64,000 nt of DNA from Mustelus asterias. Lineage: Eukaryota. A program made the translations under genes and the position numbers. The stretch lies in contig NC_135809.1 of NCBI RefSeq assembly GCF_964213995.1, positions 97,340,001 through 97,404,000 of the forward strand, read 5' to 3'. The notes beneath the pieces are model-generated. The model saw nothing but the letters and a program-made list of their open reading frames with translations. It made no database searches and was not told the origin of the DNA. This document shows, piece after piece, positions 1 to 9,859 of the stretch; within the stretch, counting starts at the first letter, position 1; each line of letters begins with the position of its first letter.

Positions 1-701
1 ACCCAGAGTCCTCAACCGCTCCTCATACGACAAGCTCTTCATTCCAGGGATCATTCTTGTGAACCTCCCCTGGACCCTTTCCAAGGCCAGCATATCCTTC
101 CTTCGATACAGGGCCCAAAACTGCTCACAATACTCCAAATGGGGTCTGACCAGAGCCCTATACAGCCTCAGACGTACATCCCTGCTCTTGTATTCTAGCC
201 CTCTCGACATGAATGCTAACATTGCATTTGCCTTCCTAACTGCCGACTGAACCTGCACATTAACCTTAAGAGACTCTTGAACAAGGACTCCCAAGTTCCT
301 TTGTGTTTCTGATTTCCTAAGCATTTCCCCATTTAGAAAATAGTCGAAGCCTCCGTTCCTCCTTCCAAAGTGCATAACCTCACACTTTTCCACATTGTAT
401 TCCATCTGCCACTTCTTTGCCCACTCTCCTAACCTGTCCAACTCCTTCTGCAGTCCCTCTGCTTCCTCAATACTACCTGTCCCTCTACATACCTTTGTAT
501 CATCTGCAAACCTAGCAACAGTGCCTTCAGTTCCTTCTTCCAAATCGTTAATGTATATTGTGAAAAGTTGTGATCCCAGCACTGACCCTTGAGGCACACC
601 ACGAGTCACCAGCTGCCATCCTGAAAAAGGCCCCTTTATCCCCACTCTCTGCCTTCTGCCAGTCAGCCAATCCTCTATCCATGCCAGGATCTTACCCTTA
701 C
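1..701 (-). mobile_element. CR1 LINE fragment (RT C-terminal region)
   Basis: Minus strand reads LYRALVRPHLEYCEQFWA...ALERVQGRFTRMIPGM, plus GVPQGSVLG and KFADDTK RT motifs. Confidence 0.9.
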
Positions 702-849
702 AGACAGACAGCAGTTCTGGCAGCTTTCTCAGCTAGCTTTTAACCTCCGCCTTCATGTATTCAAACTGTAGATCCAGTAAGCCCCAGTCTCATCTCAAAA
801 TTTATACCTAAGGTCCTTGAAGTAAAGGAGTCATTATGTTCCTTTGTCT

Positions 850-1960
850 TTACTGGAGATGTTAGCCAGGAGCTACATTTGGTGGTGAGGATTTGACAAG
901 GAGATAAAAGGTGTAGTTAACCCTTGCCAACATTGTCAAATGCAGAAGACCCTTCTGCCTGCAGCAAACTTACGCCCCTGGGGGTGGCCCGCTGTCCTTG
1001 GCCAAGGTTCCACAATGATTTCGCTGGCCTTTCATGGGGGTGATGTTTTTGGTCCTGTTGGATGCCCACTCAAAGTGGTTTGATGTGCGAGTCATGTATT
1101 CCACGAGCTCGTCAGTCACTGTACACAAACTGCGGCAAACTTTAGCGATTCACGGCATTCGAGAAGTGATCATTTCTGACAATGGCACTGCTTTTGCAGC
1201 TGAAGACTTTCAGCACTTTGTCAGAATGAACGGCATCCAACATATACTCACAGCCCCATACCACCCTGTTTCCAATGGTTTGGCTGAAAGGGCAGTGCAG
1301 GCTTTCAAATCATCGATGATGAAACAGTCTAATAGACCACTGCCGATTAGCCGATTTCCTACTCTCCTATAATACCAACCCCCCCCATGCTACTACAGAG
1401 GTTACACTCTCTGAATTGCCAATGAGAGTCAGCATCTGAGAACTTGCCTGGATCTGGTTTTCCCAAATTTGACAGGGAGGGTGTAGGCTAAGCAAGGCTC
1501 GCAGAAGGACTATCATGATTCCGTCAGGAAAGACAGGTCACTTCACCTGAATGATTTGGTTTTTTAGTCTGGAACCTTGCAGGTGGGTGGGGGAGCAGTT
1601 TGGGAAGACAATTCATAAGACTGGCCCAGTATCTTATACGATTGACCTGCAGGACCGTGAAGTGAGGAAGCACGTTGATCACATCAGAAGGCGGGAAGCT
1701 CCAAGTCCTGCCGCCGGTTGTCAGGACTCTGTAGTAGAGTCCAGTGTGTCGGCAGCTGAGTTGGTGCTAATAGGACCTAATGTTCTCCTGAAAGAATCTC
1801 AGCCGTTAGCTGAAGCAGAGGAAGAGAGAACCGACCCTAGTTCATATCAGAATCTCTTGACTCACCTGCCAGATTCAGTCACCCTTGGCTCAGAGAACTT
1901 GGGTGTAGAGTTGCAAAACTCCAGTTGCAGAACAAGAGCCCAGAAGAACCCAGAGTGATT
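850..1960 (+). pseudogene. Degenerate Ty3/Gypsy integrase fragment (older family than the two full-length elements)
   Basis: DFAG..MGVMFLVLLDAHSKW, ISDNGTAF and APYHPVSNGLAERAVQ DDE core; KTGPVSY...RKHVDHIRRR C-terminus; frameshifted. Confidence 0.85.
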
Positions 1961-2274
1961 GACTTTCTGAACTGTGATGAATTACCCCCCTTGCAAATTT
2001 TATTTTGACTGTATGTACATGTATATAAAACTTTTTGTTTGTATTGTAGTAATGATTCTAGAATACAACTGGTTCAGCTGCTTCAAACACACAGGAACAC
2101 TCATGCAGGCATCCTTTACAAGGTGCCACGCCATGTAGGCCCTGTCAGAAGTGCGTGTCAGCTCTGCAAGCAGCCTCCAGACGGGAATGAACTTTGGGGA
2201 TGAGTGGAGGTGGGGCAGAGTTTCAAATTATAGAAAGCAGAAATGTGACATTTGGAGTGGCTGAGCAAGCTGGA

Positions 2275-2350
2275 GGGGTGCACGGTGGCACAGTTGTTTG
2301 CAGTGCTGCATCACAACACCAGGACCTGGGTTCAATTCCAGCCTTGGGTG
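2275..2350 (+). mobile_element. tRNA-derived SINE head fragment (HE1-like)
   Basis: cacggtggcacag (A box) ... ctgggttcaattcc (B box), matching the other SINE copies in the window. Confidence 0.7.
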
Positions 2351-2354
2351 CCTT

Positions 2355-2515
2355 GGCTGAAGCTATAGCTAGAGTACTGTGTGCAGTTATGGTTGCCACA
2401 TTATCGGAAGGATGTGATTGCACTGGAGGGGGCGCAGAGGAGATTCACCAGAATGCTGCCTGGAATGGAACATTATGAAGAGAGGTTGTGTAGGCTTGGG
2501 TTGTTTTTATTGGAG
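2355..2515 (+). mobile_element. CR1 LINE 3' fragment, left part (interrupted by LTR element 1)
   Basis: LEYCVQLWLPHYRKDVIALEGAQRRFTRMLPGM...LGLFLLE; the frame resumes at 7219 (EQRRLRGNLIEVYKIM). Confidence 0.85.
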
Positions 2516-2811
2516 TGTGGTGAACCATTGTTGGTTACCACCAGGAGTGCTGAGCCATGGTCTGGCCAGTACTATGAGTCTGTAGATATGTTACTGTTGG
2601 GGTTAGGGTTGGGCTGTTCTACCTGTTAATATAGTCCTATGGTACACCCCAGTTGGCTCCGCCTCCTGGGAGAGGTATAAAGGTCACTGCTCTGCCTGGT
2701 GACCCCTTAGTCTGGGATTGTATATTGTATATAGTAGCTCCGTTATTGTTGGCAATAAAAGCCTTTATTTCCCAGGTACATCCTGCCTCCCGTGTGATTT
2801 ATCGCGCATCA
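2516..2811 (+). repeat. 5' LTR of element 1
   Basis: Direct repeat of 6923-7218; TATAAA at 2676; AATAAA at 2754. Confidence 0.97.
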
Positions 2812-2812
2812 A

Positions 2813-2827
2813 TTTTATTGCCAACAA
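2813..2827 (+). other. Non-tRNA primer-binding position, complementary to own LTR 2746-2760
   Basis: ttttattgccaacaa is the exact reverse complement of ttgttggcaataaaa; there is no TGG (tRNA CCA complement) after the LTR. Confidence 0.8.
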
Positions 2828-2865
2828 GTAAAATTTTTTTTGAAAAAAAACAACAAAAGAAAACC

Positions 2866-5800
2866 ATGGAGCAAATGCTGAAACCCGAACGGCTTACGTT
2901 GGATCCACGTGCGGCGGGAGCATCGAACACTTTCGACCACTGGTTGAAGTGTTTCCAAGATCACCTCGACGCCTCCACAGCGGTCAACAACGACGCCGAC
3001 AGACTCCGGGTCCTCCATGCGAGGGTAAGCGACACTGTATACTTAGCGATCCGTGAGGCCCCAGACTACAAAGGGGCCCTCGAGCTTCTCAAAAAGCGAT
3101 ACAACAAACCACCGAATGAGATCCATGCTCGACATCTTCTAGCCACTCGATGGCGGCAGCCCGGCGAAACGACGGAACAGTACGTGTGTGAACTTCAGCA
3201 GCTAGCCAGAGCCTGCAACTGCAAGCCAGTGTCGGCAGCCCAGTACATGAGCGACTTAGTTCAAGATGCGTTTGTGGCGGGAATCGGCTCGTCGTACATC
3301 CGCCTTCGGTTGCTGGAGCAAGGTAACCTTGACCTCGCTAAAACCATAGAGTTAGCTGACGCTCTAGAAACGGCCTCCAAAAGTCTGGAGATGTACCCCG
3401 ACGACCGCGTGGGGACATTGTGGCAGGTGCAGCCGCAGACTCCACTTTATTCAGCGGGATCGAAAAACTGCGCGATTGCGTTTCCAGCCTCGGACCTGAC
3501 GACGGCAGCAGCTCCAGGTGGCCCGCGGTGTTACTTCTGTGGGGTGGTGAAACACCCTCGGCAGCGATGTCCAGCTAAAGCGGTATTGTGCTCCGCCTGT
3601 GGCAAGAAGGGACATTATTCCAAAGTATGCTGGACCAAACCACTCTCCAAACACAACAGTGCGGCGTGTGACTCCCCGGAGCCGGCCTCCTTGTCTTCTG
3701 CGTCTTCGAGGTCTTCCACCACGTGCGATTCCAGGACGTCGCCATTCCTAACGACGGAGTCGCAAGACACGTGCGACCTGCAGGGGCCGCAGGTTTTGGC
3801 GCCATCGACCACGTGCGACCTATGGGGGCAGCCATTTTGGTCGGCAACGACCGCGAATGACCAGCAGGGGCCGTCATCAGCCATCTCAGCTGCCTGCAGT
3901 TGCGCCCACGATCCAACGGTGGCGTCAATCATCCTGGACCAGGCCAAGCCTCACAGACTCGACAAGTCCATGATGGACATACAGGTAAACGGACGCCAGA
4001 TTTATTGTTTGTTTGACAGCGGGAGCACGGAGAGCTTCATTCACCCTGACACCGTGAAGCAGTGTGGTCTCCAGATTCGGACTGTCAAGCAGACAATTTC
4101 GATGGCGTCAAGGTCCCGGTCTGTCACTGTGCTAGGGAGCTGCGTGGTCAACCTGATGGTGCAGGGGACGGTTTACGAGAACTTCAGGCTCCTTGTGTTA
4201 CCGCACCTTTGCGCGCCGATACTCCTAGGACTAGATTTTATGGTCCACCTGAAGAGTGTAACCCTGCAGTACGATGGGCCATTCCCTCCGCTTTCAGTGG
4301 GAGATCCGCAGCCTCTAAATTGCCCAACGCGCTCCACATGTAGTCTCTCGACGCTCAGGATTACCACACCCTCCCTATTCCAGAATCTGGTACCAGGCTG
4401 CAAGCCCATCGCAACAAAGAGCAGGTGTTACAGCACTGAGGATCGGATCTTCATTCGATCTGAAGTTCAGCGGCTCCTCAAGGAAAGGATCATCCAACCT
4501 AGCGCTAGTCCTTGGAGAGCGCAAGTCGTGGTGGTTAAGAATGGGAACAAACCCCGGATGGTCATAGACTATAGTCAGACCATTAACAGATACACATAGC
4601 TGGATGTGTATCCCCTCCCGCGCATATCTGACATGGTCAATCAGATTGCGCAGTACCGGGTGTTCTCCACCATCGACTTAAAATCTGCTTACCACCAGCT
4701 CCCCATTTGCCCAGAGGACCGACAATACACGGCCTTTGAGGCGGATGGTTGCCTGTACCATTTTTTAAGGGTTCCCTTTGGTGTCACGAATGGGGTCTCG
4801 GTCTTCCAGCGTGCTATGGACCGAATGGTGGACCAGAACGGGCTGCGGGCTACCTTCCCGTACCTGGATAACGTCACCATCTGCGGCCATGACCAGCAGG
4901 ACCACGATGCCAACCTTCTTAGATTCTTACGCACTGCATCTCGCCTGAATCTGACCTACAACAGGGAGAAGTGTGTATTTCGCACGCGCCGCCTAGCTAT
5001 CCTCGGATACGTGGTGGAAAACGGGGCCCTTGGCCCTGATCCAGACCGTATGCGTCCCCTCCTCGAACTCTCCCTGCCCACTAGCATCAAAGCACTGAGA
5101 AGATGTTTAGGCTTCTTCTCATACTATGCACAGTGGGTTCCCAATTACGCGGACAAAGCCCGTCCGCTCATCAAGTCTACCTCCTTTCCCCTAACAACAG
5201 AGGCTCGCTTAGCCTTTGCAGGAATAAAAGCCGACATCGCGAAAGCCACGATGCACGCTATTGATGAGTCCATCCCCTTCCAGGTGGAGAGTGATGCATC
5301 TGATTTCGCCCTGGCCGCCACACTTAACCAGGCGGGCAGGCCCGTCGCCTTTTTCTCTCGCACCCTCCAAGGCCCCGAAATTCGGCATTCTGCGGTGGAA
5401 AAGGAGGCCCAGGCCATTGTGGAGGCAGTTTGGCATTGGAGCCATTACTTGGTGGGAAAACGGTTCACTCTGCTCACGGACCAGCGGTCCATGGCGTTCA
5501 TGTTCAACAACACGTTACGGGGTAAGATCAAGAATGATAAAATCTTGAGGTGGAGAATCGAACTCTCCACCTACAATTATGATATCATGTACCGTCCAGG
5601 GAAGCTCAACGAGCCCTTGGAAGCCCTGTCGCGTGGAACATGCGCTAGTGTGCAGGAGAATCGATTACAGGCTCTCCACAATGACCTCTGCCATCCGGGG
5701 GTCACTTGGCTCTTCCACTTCATAAAGGCCAGGAATCTACCCTACTCGGTGGAGGATGTCAGGTCCATAACCAGAAGCTGCCAGCTATGCGCGGAATGCA

Positions 5801-6859
5801 AACCGCACGTCTACCGACCTGACAGGGCACACCTCATTAAGGCCACTCGTCCTTTCGAAAGACTGAGTGTGGACTTCAAGGGCCCCCTTCCCTCGACAGA
5901 TCGGAACGTGTACTTCCTCAATGTGATTGATGAGTACTCACGATTCCCTTTTGTCATTCCCTGTTCTGATATGACCGCTGCCACGGTTATCAAGGCATTA
6001 CGGGATCTTTTCACCCTGTTCGGTTACCCCTGTTATATCCACAGCGATAGGGGCTCGTCGTTCATGAGCGATGACTTGAGGCAATACCTACTCTCATATG
6101 CGATTGCCTCTAGTAGAACCACGAGCTACAACCCAAAGGATAACGGACAGGTTGAACGAGAGAATGCTAGAATGGAAGGCTGTCTTACTGGCGTTGAGGT
6201 CTAAAGGTCTTCCAGTCTGCCGTTGGTAAGAGGTACTCCCTGATGCACTCCACTCCATACGCTCACTCCTGTGTACGGCAACCAATGCTACTCCTCATGA
6301 GAGAATGTTTTCATTCCCTAGGAAGTCTTCCTCTGGGACCTCATTACCGTCTTGGTTGACGTACTCAGGACCTGTCCTCCTGCGGCGGCATGTTAGGACC
6401 CGCAAGTCCGACCCTTTGGTTGAACAGGTCCATCTCCTCCACGCCAACCCTCAGTATGCCTATGTGGCATATCCTGACGGGCGAGAGGACACGGTCTCGA
6501 TTCGAGGTCTGGCGCCAGCAGGGGGCTTGGAAACCCCAGTCGCTCCCACACCCCCAGTTAGGGACCCCACGACCATTATCTCCCCTCCTGACACGGCGCG
6601 GGCAGTATCGGGACCACCACTTAACCCTCTTACTCCCGTGTGCAGCTTGCCTGAGTCCAGGAGATTGTCGCCACCTCGAGGCGTGCCCGAGTCCAGCGGA
6701 TTGTCACCACCTCGTGGTCTACCGGCCCGTGAGGAACTGGAGGAGTCACTGGACACCGCCTTGGAGAGAAGGTCACCGCGATTGCCTGAACCGGCGTCAT
6801 CGCCGGTGTTGAGGAGGTCACAGCGACGGTGCGGTCCCCCAAACCGTTTGAACTTATAG
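2866..6859 (+). pseudogene. gag-pol polyprotein of element 1 (single ancestral ORF, now disrupted)
   Basis: Starts MEQMLKPERL; two CCHC knuckles (CYFCGVVKHPRQRC, CSACGKKGHYSKVC); protease LFDSGS; RT IDLKSAYHQ, PFG, YLDN; RNase H ESDAS; integrase HHCC plus DFKGP/HSDRG/QVER. Lesions: TAG at 4597, frameshift near 6170, TAA at 6227. Confidence 0.93.
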
Positions 6860-6907
6860 ACAGATGAACAGTTGTTCTGTGTTTTGTACCCCGCCGGCCT
6901 TTGTTTT

Positions 6908-6922
6908 CAAAGGAGGGGTGAA
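6908..6922 (+). other. Polypurine tract of element 1
   Basis: caaaggaggggtgaa lies immediately 5' of the 3' LTR and is identical in element 2 (48971-48985). Confidence 0.85.
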
Positions 6923-7218
6923 TGTGGTGAACCATTGTTGGTTACCACCAGGAGTGCTGAGCCATGGTCTGGCCAGTACTATGAGTCTGTAGATATGTTA
7001 CAGTTGGGGTTAGGGTTGGGCTGTTCTACCTGTTAATATAGTCCTATGGTACACCCCAGTTGGCTCCGCCTCCTGGGAGAGGTATAAAGGTCACTGCTCC
7101 GCCTGGTGACCCCTTAGTCTGGGATTGTATATTGTATATAGTAGCTCCGTTATTGTTGGCAATAAAAGCCTTTATTTCCCGGGTACATCCTGCCTCCCGT
7201 GTGATTTATCACGCATCA
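6923..7218 (+). repeat. 3' LTR of element 1
   Basis: 292/296 identical to the 5' LTR by manual comparison. Confidence 0.97.
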
Positions 7219-7903
7219 TGGAGCAGAGAAGACTGAGGGGCAACCTGATCGAGGTGTACAAGATTATGAGAGAGATGGACAGAGTGGACAAGGAGTAGCT
7301 GTTCCCTTTAGTTGAAGGGTCAGTCTCGAGGGGACATAGGTTCAAGGTGAGGGGCAGGAGGTTTAGGGGGGGATGTGAGGAAAAACTTTTTTACCCAGAG
7401 GGTGGTGACACTCTGCAATGCACTGCCTGGGAAGGTGGTGGAGGCGGGTTGCCTCACATCCTTCAACAAGTATCAGGATGAGCACTTGGCACATCATTAC
7501 ATTCAGGGCTATGGGCCAAGTGCTGGCAGATGGGATTAGGTGGGAGTTCAGGTGTTTCTAATATGTCGGTGAAGACTTGATGGGCCAAAAGGCCTTGTCT
7601 AAAGTTAAAGTTAAAGTTTATTTATTAGTCACAAGTAAGGCTTACATTAACACTGTAGTGAAATTACTGTGAAATTCCTCTAGTCGCTACACACTGGCAC
7701 CTGTTTGGGTCAATGTACGTAACCAGCACGTCTTTCAAACTGTGGGAGGAAACCGGAGCACCCGGAGGAAACCCACGCAGACACGGAGAGAACATGCAAA
7801 CTCCACACAGACAGTGACCCAAGCCGAGAATCGAACCCGGGTCCCTGGCGCTGTGAGGCAGCAGTGCTTACCACTATGCTGTATGATTCTACGATTCTAT
7901 GAT
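7219..7903 (+). mobile_element. CR1 LINE 3' end, right part (tail interrupted by a SINE at 7601-7879)
   Basis: RRLRGNLIEVYKIM and SRGHRFKVRG; the (attctatg)-type terminal repeat appears at 7880-7903, after the SINE. Confidence 0.85.
7601..7879 (-). mobile_element. tRNA SINE, HE1-like head/body with Rex1-like tail (short variant)
   Basis: A/B boxes and gtgggtttcctccgggtgctccggtttcctcccacag core; tail ...cttgtgactaataaataaac(tttaac)n. Confidence 0.85.
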
Positions 7904-7906
7904 AAC

Positions 7907-8170
7907 TGTCTAAATGGAGTTTGCACATTCTCCCCGTGTCTGCATGGAGTTCCTCCCACAGTCCAAAAACATGCAGGGTATTTGATTGTCAATGCTATAT
8001 TGCCCCTTAGTGTCCCAAGATGTGTAGGCTTGGGTTGTGTAGGGGGCCTAGCAGGGTAAATATGTGGGGCTACGGGAATAGGGCCTGGGTATATTGCTTT
8101 ATCAGTGAGTCAGTGTAGACTTGATGGGCCAAATGGCCTCCTCTACACTGTAGGATTCTATGATCTATGA
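7907..8170 (+). mobile_element. 5'-truncated HE1-like SINE with CR1-type tail
   Basis: SINE core followed by atgggccaaatggcctcct...ggattctatg. Confidence 0.8.
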
Positions 8171-8562
8171 ATCTAAGTGGGCTCATCAATGGCAAATTAC
8201 ATTTATTGTAAACAAATACATGACAATAAGACAAGGAAAGGTAAATAAGCATTGGGAATATTGACTAAATAGATCTAGATTACACAGGGATGGGGGAATA
8301 TTGTCAGATAGATTCATGGCTGTAGTGTGGAAAGTTTACCAAACTTCCCAGTGTATAACTAGAGGGCACAAACCACAGAAATGGTAAATTCATCTAAGGA
8401 AGGGATAGTTACAATCGCACCACCAGGACTTAACGTGCAGTTCTGGTCACGAGGTTTCAGCATAGACATTTTAACTGACACTAACTTAAGGCATCTAAAC
8501 TTGAGGGAGCCTGGAGTGTTTGGGATTGTGTATGCTGAAGAAGAGAAGGATCTGGATGATAT

Positions 8563-9367
8563 TGGGCCAAATCTTCCATTCTCCAGATCACTGGACATAC
8601 GAGTGAAGATGCTGCTCAGGATCCTGTGGAAGTCCTGACACGACTCCTACATGGAAATTGCCTGGGAAGTTTAAACTTCCAATGGGCAATTCCCCTGCTA
8701 CCCAGGACCCTCTGTCAATCCCTGCAATTCTGAACTAGTCAGAGATTTTGGAGAGTCCCACTATATTTACCTAGATAGTCACCAAGAACTTTGAGATGGA
8801 TTAAAACATGGCCTGACGGTTGGATAACTCCAAAACCAACCAACTACATTACTTGACCCAACCAAACCCCCGACTATCTGAATACACCTGACTTGACCTG
8901 ACAACCCCCTAAATGCCCCCGATCACCTGGCTATGCCACCTCCCGAACCAACTGACTACTCCTTTCTGGCCGGATTAGTTCCAACTACCTTCCAATCACA
9001 TGACTACCTTCCAACCATCCAACTACCCCCAACCCACCTACCTCCCAAACAAACCCAATTGCATTACCCCCCCAATACCTGAACCAGACCCAACTCGCCC
9101 CCAATCACCCAACTACTCCCATTCACTCATTCATCCATTCACTCACCCACCCGCAAGCATTGAATAGAAGACTGGTCCTTAAAAGTTTTCATTTTTGTCT
9201 TCCCAACTCCAATTCACTCTGTGCCCTGAGCGACGCTGCGTTGTGCATTTCCCTGTCAGCCGGAATCGGATGATCCCAGAAGAAACCTGCAGCAGCGTCG
9301 GGTTGGGAGAAACTTCACGTCCAGTGGCAATGTGCTCAGTGTTGTCTTTGCTCGGAAGATTCGGGCA
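8563..9367. mobile_element. Putative non-autonomous DNA transposon (MITE-like) with C/A-rich degenerate internal repeat
   Basis: Imperfect TIR gggccaaatcttcc / ggaagattcgggc; ccaactac-like repeats at about 8830-9150. Confidence 0.5.
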
Positions 9368-9859
9368 ATTATTCAAGATTCTTGTGGCAGTGATGAATTT
9401 AACTCAAAATATTTTTGAGAATGCCAAAAATTCCCGAACCAGTGGACAAAGCCGCAAGCGTAGCACAGCCAGTTTAAAATTAACTACTTTACACAGAGGG
9501 TGCTGAGTGAGCAGAATAGACTGTCCAGGTAATTGACCAAGATGTTATAGACAAAAAGACAAAGGAAATGTAATTGGTGGTGACCATGGCTGAGAAGGGT
9601 GCTGATAGCAGCCCATTAAGAGATCAGAATGTGTAAACGGCAGAGCAAAGGTAAGCAGAGTGTCAAAGGACCACCTGAGTCGAGTAACAGATGGCCCTCG
9701 TGGGTGGGAGGAGGAAACAAGTTGGAAAGCCAGATTTTTTAAAAACGATGGAGGAAATGTGAATTTAAAAAATAATTTAAAAAATGAATACAATAATGTA
9801 TAAAATAATAATAAATATATATAAAACATTTTGCAGTAAGTGTCCGAAGCTCGAGGAAC

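Larger units (their letters stand above)
2516..7218 (+). mobile_element. Full-length Ty3/Gypsy (Mag-like) LTR retrotransposon, element 1
   Basis: 296-bp TG...CA LTRs with 4 mismatches, 5-bp TSD TGGAG (2511-2515 and 7219-7223), gag-PR-RT-RH-IN order, and a PPT. Confidence 0.97.

Noticed and set aside
2653-2865. N-terminal extension of the 648-aa ORF starting inside the LTR
   Set aside because: Non-ATG start and not conserved in element 2; the shared start is the ATG at 2866 / 44950.
4597-4599. TAG as a programmed gag-pol readthrough codon
   Set aside because: It lies inside RT and element 2 has CAG here, so it is a simple C-to-T lesion.
6305-6935. Separate env-like or antisense ORFs at the 3' end of the LTR element
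   Set aside because: 6305-6859 is the frameshifted integrase tail; the overlapping ORFs are GC-rich shadows with no signal or TM features.
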